A stretch of DNA of 64,000 nt from Candidatus Omnitrophota bacterium (GCA_030650425.1 JAUSED010000003.1:199903-263902), one strand, 5' to 3'; numbered from the stretch's first letter, positions 34,807 through 45,822 are shown. Made by a program: numbers and translations. Notes: generated by a model from the letters alone, not told the origin.

Positions 34807-36039
34807 ATGAGTCAGGAATTATTGGCAATCATCGAACAGATTGAAAGAGAAAAAGGGATTAAAAAAGAAGTACTAATTCAGGCGGTGGAGAGCGCTATGC
34901 TCAGCGCCGCTAAGCGCGTAATTGATCTTAAGCCGGATGAGGAATTTAGAGTGGAGATCGACCGGAATAGCGGTAAGATCCGCGCCTGGAAGAGTAATCA
35001 AGAGATTACCTCTATTGATTTCGGCCGGATCGCCGCCTCTACCGCGCGTCAGGTGATTATTCAAAAGATGCGCGAAGCGGAAAAAGACGTTATTTTCAAT
35101 GAATTCCAAGGCAGGGTAGGCGAGATTGTCAGCGGCACGGTCTATCGTTTTGAAAAGGGAAACATTATTATCGATCTTTTGGGTAAAGCCGAAGGGGTAT
35201 TGCTTAAGCGCGAACAGTCTCCTAAGGAAGAATTCAAACAGGGCCAGCGTATCCGGGCCTATGTTTTAGAGGTTAAAAAAGATACAAAGGGCGCGCAAAT
35301 TATCCTCTCGCGTACGCACCCGAGCCTGGTGAAAAAATTATTTGAACTGGAAGTTCCCGAGATCTATGAAGGGATCGTTGAGATTAAGGCGATCTCCCGT
35401 CAGGCAGGGGAGCGCACTAAAATCGCTGTTTATTCCAAGAACGACAAAGTAGATTCAGTAGGCGCCTGCGTGGGTATGCGCGGTAACCGGGTAAGGAATA
35501 TTGTCAATGAGGTTTACGGAGAGAAGATTGATATCGTGCGTTTTAATGAGGATATCCGCGAATATATCAAGAACGCGCTTTCTCCGGCGAAGGTCTCGCA
35601 GATCAATCTGGATAAAGAACACCAAAAGGCTGAAGTCATCGTTGAAGATGACCAGCTCTCTTTAGCTATAGGTAAGCACGGCCAGAATGTCAGGCTTGCC
35701 TCTAAGCTTATCGGTTGGGATTTGGATATCCGAACCAAGACAACAACAGCTGAAGCCTTGGCTAAAGAAAAGGCCGCCAAGTCTGCTCAAGAGGAAGTTG
35801 CGATGGTTGAAGAAACTGAGGCCAAGAAACCCAAGAAAGAGAAGAAAAAGAAGAAGGCAGAGGTTTCGCTGGAAGAATTATCCGGTATAGGAGAAAAAAC
35901 TTTAGCCAGCCTAAAAGTTGCGGGGATTAATACCATTGCTGATTTACTTGAAGCCAAATTAGAAGGCCTGTTGAAAATAAAGGGTATTGGCGAGAAAAAA
36001 GCTGAGAAGTTGATTGCCGAAGCCAAGGCTAAGAAATAA
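34807..36039 (+). CDS. nusA: Transcription termination factor NusA with C-terminal HhH repeats
   Basis: FGRIAA, ACVGMRG and AIGKHGQNVRLA motifs. Confidence 0.97.
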   Translation: MSQELLAIIEQIEREKGIKKEVLIQAVESAMLSAAKRVIDLKPDEEFRVEIDRNSGKIRAWKSNQEITSIDFGRIAASTARQVIIQKMREAEKDVIFNEFQGRVGEIVSGTVYRFEKGNIIIDLLGKAEGVLLKREQSPKEEFKQGQRIRAYVLEVKKDTKGAQIILSRTHPSLVKKLFELEVPEIYEGIVEIKAISRQAGERTKIAVYSKNDKVDSVGACVGMRGNRVRNIVNEVYGEKIDIVRFNEDIREYIKNALSPAKVSQINLDKEHQKAEVIVEDDQLSLAIGKHGQNVRLASKLIGWDLDIRTKTTTAEALAKEKAAKSAQEEVAMVEETEAKKPKKEKKKKKAEVSLEELSGIGEKTLASLKVAGINTIADLLEAKLEGLLKIKGIGEKKAEKLIAEAKAKK

Positions 36040-36057
36040 TTAAGAGAGGAAGAAGGG

Positions 36058-38205
36058 ATGATGGTTGTGAAAATAAAAAAAGAAAAGAAGCCAATGAAAA
36101 AGGTAGTCAAATCCGTAACTAAAAAAACAGCCAAGCCGGTTAAAAAGCCGGCTAAAACTGTGGTGAAACCGGTTAAGAAAATCGCGGTCAAGGCCAAGAA
36201 GCCCGCGGCTATTCATCCTGCTCCGGTAATTCCGCCTAAGCCGATTCAGCCGCAACCTAAACCGGTAGTCTATCCTCCGGCTAAGCCTGCCCAACTCCAA
36301 GCCAAACCAATAGTCCATCCTCCGAAACAAGAACTCCTACCGGTCAAATTACATCCTAAGCCCCCCGTACATGTACATGCGCTAAAACCAGAACTAAGAG
36401 AAGAGATAAAACCCGAAGTTAAGGCTGTTCCCGCTGCCGTAGTCGTTGAACTTAAAGAATTAGAGCTGCAACTTCCGATTACCGTTAAGGATTTGGCGAT
36501 TAAATTGCAGGAAAAGCCTTCGATTATTATTAAGTATCTGATGGATGCCAAGATAATGGCCGGGATAAATCAGGTTTTGGATGAGCCGGTAGCGGTGAAG
36601 ATCTGCGAGAAATACCGCTGCAAAATCAAGAAGGCGCTTAATCAGGAAGAAATAGCCTTGAGCAGTCATCAGGCCAAAGACGATCCCAAAAATTTGAAGC
36701 CGCGTTCTCCGATCGTTACTTTTATGGGCCATGTTGATCACGGGAAGACTTCGCTCTTGGACGCGATAAGAAAAACGAAAGTTGCTGAAGGTGAACATGG
36801 CGGTATTACCCAGCATATCGGCGCCTACAGGGTAGTTTTACCGAGCGGAGAAATTACTTTTCTGGATACGCCGGGACACGAGGCTTTTACAGCCATGCGT
36901 TCGCGCGGAGCAAGTATCACCGATATTGTTGTTTTGGTGGTGGCAGCGGATGACGGAATAATGCCGCAGACTCAGGAAGCTATCGACCATGCCCGGGCAG
37001 CCGGCGTTTCGATCATTGTAGCCGTGAATAAAATTGACAAAGCAGGCGCGGATATAGATATGGTAAAAAAGCAATTGGCTAAACTTGATTTAAACCCCGA
37101 AGATTGGGGAGGTAAGACGATCACCGTACCTGTCTCGGCAAAAACAGGGGAGGGTATCGATAATTTATTGGAGATGATTATTTTGGAAGCGCAGATGCTG
37201 GAGTTAAAAGCCAATCCTAACCGCCTTGCCCGCGGCATAGTGATTGAAGCCCAGATGTCTAAAGGCCGCGGGCCTGTATCCACCTTGCTAGTCCAAAACG
37301 GAACTTTACATTTAAACGCGAATATTATTGTGGGAAATTTTTACGGTAAGATCAGGGCGATGTTTAACGACCATGGCCAGGCAGTGACCAGCGCTACTCC
37401 TTCCGTGCCTGTCGAGGTGTTAGGTATTTCAGGCGTTCCAGCTGCCGGAGAGCAATTTTTTGCTATCGCCGACGAAAAAGAGGCTAAAGAACTGGCCGCG
37501 GGCCGCCTGGAAAAAGAAAAGCAACAACAGGTAAAAACCGTTAAACACATCACCCTCGAAGATCTGCACGCCCAGATTTTGGCAGGTAAAATCAAGGATT
37601 TGAAACTGATTATCAAAGCAGATGTGCAGGGCTCACTTGAGGCTATCAAAGAGACCTTAAGTAAATTAAATGTCTCGGAGATAAAACTAGAGTTCATACA
37701 CTCCGGCGTGGGTAATATTAATAATTCCGACGTCATCCTGGCGATGGCCTCTGATGCTCTTATCCTTGGATTTAATGTGGAGATGGACGACTTGGCCCGT
37801 GAATTGGTCAACAAAGAAGGGGTTGATGTTAGAACTTATAACATTATCTATGAATTAGCCAATGATGTGAAAGCGGCTATCGAAGGAATGCTCACCCCTA
37901 AGCTAAAGAAAACCTTATTGGGGAGAGCTGAAATCAGAAAGGTCTTTAAATTATCGCGCTCAGGGATCATTGCCGGTTGTTTTGTGGTAAAAGGTAAATT
38001 TACCCGTAATTGCGTAGTGGACTTGGTGAGGAACGGGCAGGTGATTTTTGAAGGTAAGCTTTCTTCATTAAAGCGTTTTAAAGACGATGTACGCGAAGTA
38101 GCCGAAGGTTTTGAGTGCGGGATGAGTATAGCGGGGTTTGACCAGGTGATGGAAGGCGATCTGATTGAAGGGTATGAGATAGAGAAGATAGCAAGGAAGT
38201 TGTAA
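36058..38205 (+). CDS. infB: Translation initiation factor IF-2 with Lys/Pro-rich N-terminus
   Basis: [19 protein letters not shown] and DTPGH motifs. Confidence 0.97.
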   Translation: MMVVKIKKEKKPMKKVVKSVTKKTAKPVKKPAKTVVKPVKKIAVKAKKPAAIHPAPVIPPKPIQPQPKPVVYPPAKPAQLQAKPIVHPPKQELLPVKLHPKPPVHVHALKPELREEIKPEVKAVPAAVVVELKELELQLPITVKDLAIKLQEKPSIIIKYLMDAKIMAGINQVLDEPVAVKICEKYRCKIKKALNQEEIALSSHQAKDDPKNLKPRSPIVTFMGHVDHGKTSLLDAIRKTKVAEGEHGGITQHIGAYRVVLPSGEITFLDTPGHEAFTAMRSRGASITDIVVLVVAADDGIMPQTQEAIDHARAAGVSIIVAVNKIDKAGADIDMVKKQLAKLDLNPEDWGGKTITVPVSAKTGEGIDNLLEMIILEAQMLELKANPNRLARGIVIEAQMSKGRGPVSTLLVQNGTLHLNANIIVGNFYGKIRAMFNDHGQAVTSATPSVPVEVLGISGVPAAGEQFFAIADEKEAKELAAGRLEKEKQQQVKTVKHITLEDLHAQILAGKIKDLKLIIKADVQGSLEAIKETLSKLNVSEIKLEFIHSGVGNINNSDVILAMASDALILGFNVEMDDLARELVNKEGVDVRTYNIIYELANDVKAAIEGMLTPKLKKTLLGRAEIRKVFKLSRSGIIAGCFVVKGKFTRNCVVDLVRNGQVIFEGKLSSLKRFKDDVREVAEGFECGMSIAGFDQVMEGDLIEGYEIEKIARKL

Positions 38206-39185
38206 TGAAAAAGCGAATACTTAGCGGAATGCGGCCAACCGGGAAATTGCACCTCGGCCATTTAGTCGGCGCCTTGGATAACTGGATCAAGCTTCAGGAT
38301 GAATATGATTGTTTATTCATGGCCGCGGATTGGCACGCTTTAATGAGTGAATATGAAGATACCGCTCTTCTTTCTGAAAATACCCTTGATAATGTGCTTG
38401 ACTGGTTAAGCGCGGGGATTGACCCTAATAAAGCCACCATCTTTATTCAGTCGCATGTTCCGCAGCACGCGGAGTTACATATGATTTTTTCCTGTATTAC
38501 CCCGTTAGGGATATTAGAGCGCTGTCCCACTTATAAAGAACAGATGCGCGAGGTAAAGACGCGGGATTTAAATACCTATGGATTTTTAGGTTATCCGGTC
38601 CTGCAGGCGGCAGATATACTGCTTTATAAGGCGGATAAAGTTCCCGTAGGCCAGGATCAACTGCCGCATTTGGAGCTCACCCGCGAGATTGCCCGGCTGT
38701 TTAACAATTTATCCAAGAAAGAAACCTTTCCTTCTCCGGACGCGATTTTAACTAAGACGCCAAAGCTCTTGGGCCTTGACGGCCGCAAGATGAGCAAGAG
38801 CTATATGAATACAATTAATCTTTCCGATACTGCTGATTTGATCACGCGTAAGATTTCAACCATGTTTACTGACCCTAAAAGGATTAAGTTAACTGACGCG
38901 GGCCATCCGGATATCTGCAATGTATTTTCTTATTATTCCATATTCGTTCCGGAAGTTAAAAACGATGTCTATAATTGGTGCTCAAACGCGAAATCAGGCT
39001 GTACAGAGTGTAAAAAGAGGCTGGCCGCGCATATCATTGAGAAAGTCGCGCCTATCCAGCAGAAAAGAGCGCTCCTCTTAAAAGATAAGGCGGGCTTAAA
39101 GAAGATCTTGGATGAGGGAGCTAAAAAAGCCTCAAGTATCGCGTCCGAGACAATGAAAGAAGCGCGTAAGGCGATAAATTTATGA
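38205..39185 (+). CDS. trpS: Tryptophanyl-tRNA synthetase
   Basis: SGMRPTGKLHLGH, YPVLQAADI and KMSKS motifs. Confidence 0.97.
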   Translation: MKKRILSGMRPTGKLHLGHLVGALDNWIKLQDEYDCLFMAADWHALMSEYEDTALLSENTLDNVLDWLSAGIDPNKATIFIQSHVPQHAELHMIFSCITPLGILERCPTYKEQMREVKTRDLNTYGFLGYPVLQAADILLYKADKVPVGQDQLPHLELTREIARLFNNLSKKETFPSPDAILTKTPKLLGLDGRKMSKSYMNTINLSDTADLITRKISTMFTDPKRIKLTDAGHPDICNVFSYYSIFVPEVKNDVYNWCSNAKSGCTECKKRLAAHIIEKVAPIQQKRALLLKDKAGLKKILDEGAKKASSIASETMKEARKAINL

Positions 39186-39940
39186 ATTACAAGATAAAAT
39201 TAGAAATCTTTGAAGGCCCCTTAGACCTGCTCCTTTACTTAGTCAAAAAAGACCACCTGAATATTTATGATATTCCTATCTCCAAGGTAACTGAGCAGTA
39301 TTCGCAATATTTGAATCTGATGCAGATGCTGGATTTAAATATTGCCGGAGAATTTCTGGTGATGGCGGCTACGCTGATGCAGATTAAATCCAAGATGCTG
39401 CTTCCCGCCCAAGAAGGAGCGACGGAAGAAGCGCAGGAGGATCCGCGCGAAGAGCTGGTCAGGCGCCTGCTGGAATACGAAAAATTCAAGGAGATAGCTG
39501 AAAACCTGCGTAAAAAAGAAACTGACCAGCGTGAAATATTCAAGCGGCCTAAGCTTGAGGCGGAGAAAAAGCCGCAAGAGGATAAAGAAACTTATTTTGA
39601 GGCGAGCATCTTTGATCTGATCAATGCTTTTTCTCAGGCGCTCAAAGATATTCCCAAGGAAGTTTTTTATGAAGTAGTTAAAGATAAATTCACCGTGGAG
39701 GAGGCCACCCATCAAATCCTCCATTTATTATTGGTTAAACCGGAAGTCAAGCTCTCCGAACTTTTTGGCCAAGCTAAAAATAAATTAGAGATCATCGTTA
39801 CCTTCTTAGCGATATTGGAATTAATCAAAGTAAAAGAAATTACTGCCCGTCAATCGGAATTATTTCAGGAGATAGAGATCGTCAGAAACAAGGAGAACAT
39901 CATTCCTTATGAGCGAAGAGACCCGGGAAGCGCTGCTTAG
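39182..39940 (+). CDS. scpA: Segregation/condensation protein A
   Basis: FEGPLDLLLYL and FLAILEL motifs. Confidence 0.95.
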   Translation: MNYKIKLEIFEGPLDLLLYLVKKDHLNIYDIPISKVTEQYSQYLNLMQMLDLNIAGEFLVMAATLMQIKSKMLLPAQEGATEEAQEDPREELVRRLLEYEKFKEIAENLRKKETDQREIFKRPKLEAEKKPQEDKETYFEASIFDLINAFSQALKDIPKEVFYEVVKDKFTVEEATHQILHLLLVKPEVKLSELFGQAKNKLEIIVTFLAILELIKVKEITARQSELFQEIEIVRNKENIIPYERRDPGSAA

Positions 39941-40961
39941 GGGAGCGCCGAATATAATTAATAATAAGGAATCCGAAGAGGATGTGGTTTTAAATATCTC
40001 TTTGCGTCCGAATAAATTTACGGAATTTGTCGGGCATAAAGAGATAGTCGATAACCTGAAGATTTCTATTCAGGCGGCTAAGCAGAGGCAAGAGCCTCTG
40101 GAGCATGTTTTATTAAGCGGGCCTCCCGGTTTGGGCAAGACCTCTTTATCGCATATTATCGCCCATGAAATGGGCGCGAAGATTACCGCGACGAGCGGGC
40201 CGGCGATTGAGCGCGCCGGAGACCTGATCGGCATCTTGACCAACCTTGAAAGAGGGGACATCCTTTTTATCGATGAAATCCATCGTCTTTCAAAAGTGGT
40301 AGAAGAATTTTTATACCCGGCGATGGAAGGTTTTCAGATAGATTTTGTGATTGATAAAGGGCCTTACGCTAAAACCATCAAATTTAACCTTAAGCCTTTT
40401 AGCTTAATCGGCGCGACTACCCGTTCAGGTTTGTTGGCGGCTCCTTTAAGAGGAAGATTCGGAATATTTTACAGCCTTGATTTTTATAAAATCGAGGATT
40501 TGGCTAAAATAGTTAAGCATTCAGCGGTGATTTTGGGTGTCGACATAGAAGATGCGGCTGCAACTGAGATCGCCCTGAGGGCTCGGGGTACTCCTAGGAT
40601 AGCTAATCGCCTTCTTCGGCGGATCAGAGACTATGCTCAGGTGTCTAATACAGCGAAAGTCACCCAAAGTATGGCCGCTAAGTCGTTAGATGATTTAGGG
40701 ATTGATAAGGCGGGACTGGATGAACTTGACCGCAAAGTCCTCAGGCTCGTCTTAGATTCTTATAACGGCGGCCCGGTAGGAGTGGAATCTTTAGCTGCCA
40801 GTTTAAATGAAGAAGTGGATACGCTTGCTGATACGGTTGAACCCTATCTCTTAAAGGCCGGCTACCTTAAGCGGACCTCGCGCGGCCGCACCGCCACAAA
40901 AATCGCCTTCGATCACTTTGGTAAAGAATATACCAAAGAGCAGCAAAAAGAATTGTTTTAA
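39909..40961 (+). CDS. ruvB: Holliday junction branch migration helicase
   Basis: LRP, GPPGLGKT, FIDEIHR and RGTPRIANRLL motifs. Confidence 0.97.
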   Translation: MSEETREALLRGAPNIINNKESEEDVVLNISLRPNKFTEFVGHKEIVDNLKISIQAAKQRQEPLEHVLLSGPPGLGKTSLSHIIAHEMGAKITATSGPAIERAGDLIGILTNLERGDILFIDEIHRLSKVVEEFLYPAMEGFQIDFVIDKGPYAKTIKFNLKPFSLIGATTRSGLLAAPLRGRFGIFYSLDFYKIEDLAKIVKHSAVILGVDIEDAAATEIALRARGTPRIANRLLRRIRDYAQVSNTAKVTQSMAAKSLDDLGIDKAGLDELDRKVLRLVLDSYNGGPVGVESLAASLNEEVDTLADTVEPYLLKAGYLKRTSRGRTATKIAFDHFGKEYTKEQQKELF

Positions 40962-40970
40962 GGATGTCAA

Positions 40971-41504
40971 ATGAAGCTCTTACTGCATACCTGCTGCGCG
41001 CCGTGCCTGATTTATCCTCTGGAAAAATTATCGCTCGAAGGTTTTAAGGTCACGGGTTTTTTCTATAATCCGAATATCCATCCTCTCGCTGAATATATTA
41101 AGAGAAGAGAGGCCTTGGCAGTTTTAGGTTCAGCTATAGAAATTATTTATCCTGAATATTCTCCCCGCGATTTTTTCCGCGCGGTTAATTTGCAAGAGGC
41201 TGCTCCGGAAAGATGCGTTTTATGCTGGAGATTGAGGCTCAAAAAAACAGCTCAAGCCGCCAAAGGTTCGGGTTTTCAATATTTTACCACTACGCTTTTA
41301 GTCAGCCCTTATCAGGATCAGGAGTTATTGAAAAAGATTGGAAGCGAGGTCGGGAAGGAAGAAGGAGTAGAGTTTTATTACGCTGATTTCCGGCCCGGCT
41401 TTAGGCAGGCGCATAATGAAGCGCGCGCAAAAGGCGTTTACTGCCAGAAATATTGCGGTTGTATTTATTCGGGAATAGAACGCTCTATAAAAAAGAATGA
41501 ATAA
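40971..41504 (+). CDS. queH: Epoxyqueuosine reductase QueH
   Basis: LHTCCAPC, YNPNIHP and QKYCGC motifs. Confidence 0.93.
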   Translation: MKLLLHTCCAPCLIYPLEKLSLEGFKVTGFFYNPNIHPLAEYIKRREALAVLGSAIEIIYPEYSPRDFFRAVNLQEAAPERCVLCWRLRLKKTAQAAKGSGFQYFTTTLLVSPYQDQELLKKIGSEVGKEEGVEFYYADFRPGFRQAHNEARAKGVYCQKYCGCIYSGIERSIKKNE

Positions 41505-42624
41505 CAAACTATCCATTATAACATTGACTTGTCTGCTTGTGATTAGTATCTTTAGCCCTACTTATGCCTCCGAGACCGTGCGTATAGCGATTATCCAAGA
41601 CACTTCATCCCTAAGCCTTAAGATTAAAGGTTTCTTCCAAATCAGGGATTTAGAAAAGCATAAAATCATCTACCACGCTAAAAGCATCGAGACAACCGTA
41701 ACCACCTATAAAAGCGGGATTGTTATCGGAGGGATTAAACCGGCTTCAGATAAGCTCTTGATTGAGTCAGATGACCCTGAGGCCTTCCTGATTAATGGCA
41801 AGTCCTTCCGGGGGAATATCCAACTAATCAAGAAGAGCAATAATAAACTATTGGTGATTAATTGTATTGAGCTTGAGGATTATATTAAGGGAATTCTGTA
41901 TCATGAATCTTCGCATTATTGGCCGATGGAGGCTTTAAAGGCGCAGGCGATTATCTCGCGTACTTACGCGCTTTATCAAATGCAGGAAAATAGGCGTAAA
42001 GATTTTGATCTGACCAGCGACATTTATTCTCAGGTTTATGGAGGAGAAGCTTCTGAGCGTTTTCGCACGAACAAGGCAGTGGATGAGACGCAAGGTAAAG
42101 CTCTCTTTTTTAAGGGAAAGATCATCCCGGCTTATTTTCACGCCACCTGCGGCGGGCATACGGAAGACGCGGCTCTCCTTTGGAATATCGATTTAGCGCC
42201 TTTAAAAGGAGTAGTCTGCCCTTATTGCAAAGAATCACCGCATTTTAACTGGCATTATGATTTTGGGCTAAAGGATATAGAAAAGAAGTTATCCGCTAAA
42301 GGATTTAAGCTAAAAAATATAACTAATCTAGGGATAGAAGGAAAAGATGCTTCGGGAAGGATTACTAATCTCATCATTAATTCAGAGCAGGGAGAAACTA
42401 AAGTCTCGGCTAAAGATTTTCGCGAGACGATCGGCCCAAATCTTATCCGGAGCACTAATTTTTCCGTGGCCATAGAGGGAAAAGACGCGGTTTTTGAAGG
42501 GATTGGCTGGGGACATGGCGTGGGGCTTTGCCAGTGGGGCGCCTATTTTATGGCTAAGGATGGCAAGAGCGCCGAAGAGATCTTAAAATATTACTATCCG
42601 GGGACAAATGTTAAAACTTTCTAA
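41497..42624 (+). CDS. SpoIID/LytB-domain lytic transglycosylase
   Basis: LEDYIKG, EALKAQA, QVYGG and GHGVGLCQWGA motifs. Confidence 0.92.
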   Translation: MNNKLSIITLTCLLVISIFSPTYASETVRIAIIQDTSSLSLKIKGFFQIRDLEKHKIIYHAKSIETTVTTYKSGIVIGGIKPASDKLLIESDDPEAFLINGKSFRGNIQLIKKSNNKLLVINCIELEDYIKGILYHESSHYWPMEALKAQAIISRTYALYQMQENRRKDFDLTSDIYSQVYGGEASERFRTNKAVDETQGKALFFKGKIIPAYFHATCGGHTEDAALLWNIDLAPLKGVVCPYCKESPHFNWHYDFGLKDIEKKLSAKGFKLKNITNLGIEGKDASGRITNLIINSEQGETKVSAKDFRETIGPNLIRSTNFSVAIEGKDAVFEGIGWGHGVGLCQWGAYFMAKDGKSAEEILKYYYPGTNVKTF

Positions 42625-43600
42625 TTTCGATTATCCCTTACCTAAAGAATTAATCGCCCAATATCCGCTTAAGGAGAGGGAGAGCGCGCGGCTGCTGGTG
42701 GTTAATCGGAGCGATAATTCAATCGAGCATAAAATATTTAAAGATCTAACGGGTTACCTTAAACAAAGCGATCTTTTAGTTCTAAATGATACCAAGGTGC
42801 TTACCTGCCGCTTGATGGGCCATAAGGCTACTGGCGGAAAAGTCGAGATTTTATTAACGAAACGTAAGAGCGGCTCTACTTTTGACGCGCTGATCCAGCC
42901 TAGCCGTACCAAAATCGGCGAAAAGATTTTTTTCGGTAAAAATGAAATCGCGGGAGTGGTCACTAACCGCAAAGAGATTACTTTTCAGCCAAAAGATGCT
43001 GATAGAATCTATGGGTTTGGAGAGGTTCCGCTTCCGCCTTATATAAAAAGAGAGCCTGAAGAGCTGGATAAAGAATATTATCAGACGGTTTATGCGGATA
43101 GGGAAGGCGCTATCGCTTCTCCGACCGCGGGCCTGCATTTTACCAAGGATTTATTAAAGCAAATAGAAGCGCAAGGGGTAAATATCGCGCATTTAACTTT
43201 GCATGTCGGCTTGGGCACATTTAAGCCGGTCATCACTGATGATATTACTGAGCATCAGATGGAGCCGGAGACTTTTCAGGTTTCCAAAAGCGCGCAGGAG
43301 AAGATAGAAGCAGCGCGCAAGAACAAATCGCGGATCATTGCCGTAGGGACAACGTCGCTGAGGGCATTAGAGGCTTATGCCGCAGGCGCCAAAGAAGGCC
43401 AGACTAATCTGTTTATTTACCCGGGTTATAAATTTAAGCTGGTCAATTGCCTGCTGACGAATTTCCATCTGCCCAAGACCACGCTTTTTATGCTCGTCTG
43501 CGCCTTTGGCGGAGAGAAATTAATCAAACAAGCGTATCAGGAAGCACTGGATAAGAAATACCGATTTTACAGCTACGGCGACGCAATGTTGATAATTTAA
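42608..43600 (+). CDS. queA: S-adenosylmethionine:tRNA ribosyltransferase-isomerase
   Basis: PLPPYI, PTAGLHF, LHVGLGTF and YSYGDAM motifs. Confidence 0.97.
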   Translation: MLKLSNFDYPLPKELIAQYPLKERESARLLVVNRSDNSIEHKIFKDLTGYLKQSDLLVLNDTKVLTCRLMGHKATGGKVEILLTKRKSGSTFDALIQPSRTKIGEKIFFGKNEIAGVVTNRKEITFQPKDADRIYGFGEVPLPPYIKREPEELDKEYYQTVYADREGAIASPTAGLHFTKDLLKQIEAQGVNIAHLTLHVGLGTFKPVITDDITEHQMEPETFQVSKSAQEKIEAARKNKSRIIAVGTTSLRALEAYAAGAKEGQTNLFIYPGYKFKLVNCLLTNFHLPKTTLFMLVCAFGGEKLIKQAYQEALDKKYRFYSYGDAMLII

Positions 43601-43608
43601 CACACCGA

Positions 43609-43663
43609 AAGGGACAGTTTCCGCAGATGGCTATTGCGAAGCTTGGACAGGAAACTGTCCCTT
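43609..43663. repeat. GGGACA-family inverted repeat (14-bp perfect arms)
   Basis: AAGGGACAGTTTCC-N27-GGAAACTGTCCCTT just after the queA stop. Confidence 0.85.
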
Positions 43664-43759
43664 GGGGTCATTTGCTCTAATTGCTCTTTCATGCACCTGT
43701 CAATTTTCTCGCTCAGCACGATTTTTTAACGCCAATGATCTTTCAATGCTCAAGCTCCA

Positions 43760-44206
43760 TTGGCTAAAATCGTGATTCGCTCGAAACTTGCCAGGTTCAT
43801 TTATAAGAATAGGGATCTAGTTTCTCTTTCCAAAAGTAAAGTAAGCAGGTCTAAGAAAGCAGGGCAAATGGTGAAATATATGCCAGATCCAAATACTATA
43901 ATGGCAATGACATCAGTTTTTATGCTTGTTATTGTAGGAATCCAGGTATGGATTTCTATAAAACAAAACAAATTATTAGAAATGCAGTCGAGAATATCCA
44001 AAGCTTCAACTGTAAGTGCTATTTTTAATTTGATACAGGAATCAGATAAGATGTTATTAGATAATATAACTGTAATAGAAAAATATAGAGATGAAAAGGG
44101 TATGCCTAAAGAATTAGCTTTGGCAATGGTAACCGAATTTAAGAAATGCCGTGATGAGAGCGTAAAGAAACACAAAGAGATGCTTGAGGTGTTAGGAGAA
44201 AAATAG
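43760..44206 (+). CDS. Hypothetical single-TM protein (true start probably ATG 43868 or 43880)
   Basis: AT-rich ORF with one TM helix and a helical C-terminus; no family recognised. Confidence 0.5.
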   Translation: MAKIVIRSKLARFIYKNRDLVSLSKSKVSRSKKAGQMVKYMPDPNTIMAMTSVFMLVIVGIQVWISIKQNKLLEMQSRISKASTVSAIFNLIQESDKMLLDNITVIEKYRDEKGMPKELALAMVTEFKKCRDESVKKHKEMLEVLGEK

Positions 44207-44248
44207 AAGACATGCCTATGGGGCTTTATGCAAGCACTTTTTTGGCAC

Positions 44249-44279
44249 AAAATAGTAGATTATTATAATCTACTATTTT
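44249..44279. repeat. Perfect 31-bp AT-rich palindrome
   Basis: AAAATAGTAGATTAT-T-ATAATCTACTATTTT. Confidence 0.8.
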
Positions 44280-44325
44280 ATTAACAAGTTAACGCGGTAA
44301 GACTTTATAAGCGGAAGAAATAACT

Positions 44326-45036
44326 ATGCAATGTGCACTTTGTCAAAATACAAAAAAACTTTGTAAATCCCATATAATTCCCGAATTCTTTTACAAAGAG
44401 TTATATGATAAAAAACATCGTTTTAAAGGAGTATATTCAATCTGGGGGAAAATCGTATTTCACTTTAAGGGATTTCGCGAACGTCTACTCTGTGAAGACT
44501 GTGAAAAAAAATTAAGTAGTTACGAAAAATACCTGAGGGACGTTCTTCTTGAACAATATCCTAAAATTATGGAACTAAAAGTCGGAGATAAGTTATATTT
44601 TAACGTCAATTATAAAAAAATCAGGCTTTGTTATCTTTCAATTCTTTGGCGTATGAGTATTGCTACTAAACGATTTTTTAAGAATTTTTCAATTCCTGAA
44701 TATGAGGGAAAACTTAAAGATTTACTTAATAGGGATGATCCCGGTAATCCTAATGAGTTTGGTTACATTGCTATAGTCCCCTTAATGAATAATTCTTTTA
44801 AAAGAGCTTGGTTTATTGATCCTCATCTGGGAAAAATGAATGGTGATGATATTTGCTTCGTTATGTTTGGGGGTATTTTATATATTTTCTTTATTACGTT
44901 TACTAATAATCCAAGGGCTGCAGAAGCATTCATACAAAGAGAAAATAAGTGGTTGATAACCGCCGTTGATGTAAAAGATACCCTTTTAGATAAATATATT
45001 AGAAATGCTCAAAAAATAATAAAAAAGTCTCAATGA
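44326..45036 (+). CDS. Hypothetical protein with an HNH-like Zn-binding N-terminus
   Basis: CALC..SHIIP...LLCEDCE pattern. Confidence 0.6.
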   Translation: MQCALCQNTKKLCKSHIIPEFFYKELYDKKHRFKGVYSIWGKIVFHFKGFRERLLCEDCEKKLSSYEKYLRDVLLEQYPKIMELKVGDKLYFNVNYKKIRLCYLSILWRMSIATKRFFKNFSIPEYEGKLKDLLNRDDPGNPNEFGYIAIVPLMNNSFKRAWFIDPHLGKMNGDDICFVMFGGILYIFFITFTNNPRAAEAFIQRENKWLITAVDVKDTLLDKYIRNAQKIIKKSQ

Positions 45037-45076
45037 TGGGCACATTTTGAGCACAAGCTGTTCTTGAAGCATTCTA

Positions 45077-45128
45077 GGGACACGACATTTAATTCCTCGG
45101 AGAAAAGATAATTAAGTAATGTGTCCCC
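45077..45128. repeat. GGGACAC..TTAATT / AATTAA..GTGTCCCC inverted-repeat element
   Basis: gggacacgacatttaatt-cctcggagaaaagat-aattaagtaatgtgtcccc. Confidence 0.85.
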
Positions 45129-45166
45129 GGAAATTCTGTGTATAGTAACCTTTACTTTCTTAACCT

Positions 45167-45649
45167 ATGTATTTCAATACTACGCTAGGAGCTAAAATAA
45201 ACAATAAGAAACCAACTAGTTTAGCTGGATTATTTTTTATTGGACTAATTTTTATAGCTGTATTTTTTATAGGAGGGAATGCTTCATTATTAACTCAAAA
45301 TATAGCTAACTGGCCTAAAGCTAAAGCCGAAGTTATTTCCGTTGAACCTGAAATCGTTTGTGAAACACCAGAAAGATCTAGCGCTTGCTACACTATATTT
45401 TTTATTAAATATTCATACAACGTAAATGGAAAAGAATACATTAACCAAATGAAACAAGAATATGTAACTAATTATATTCCTGGAAAAACATTTGATGTAC
45501 TTTATAAACAAGACAATCCTCAGCTTGTTTTTAAAAAGGATGACCTTCCCGGTAAATTCAAACTTTATCTATCCTTAATAATTGGATTGATTATCGTCAT
45601 CCCTATTATGTTTTTTTGGAAACAGAAACGAAACAGACGTGTTCCCTAA
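45167..45649 (+). CDS. DUF3592-like membrane protein
   Basis: TM, then WPKAKAEV, IKYSYNVNGKEY and VLYKQDNP, then TM. Confidence 0.7.
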   Translation: MYFNTTLGAKINNKKPTSLAGLFFIGLIFIAVFFIGGNASLLTQNIANWPKAKAEVISVEPEIVCETPERSSACYTIFFIKYSYNVNGKEYINQMKQEYVTNYIPGKTFDVLYKQDNPQLVFKKDDLPGKFKLYLSLIIGLIIVIPIMFFWKQKRNRRVP

Positions 45650-45822
45650 CACTTAGCAATTTCAATAGTTGTAAATAAAATCTCCGCTCTTTGATAAATT
45701 AAAACTGTATTCCTTCCAGAGGGAATACATCTGCCAAATCTTCCGGCGCTAAAACCGCATCAGGCCTACGATGGAGACGGCGGAAGGGTAAAGAAGACAA
45801 CCGGCTCACCCGCTAACCCGCT

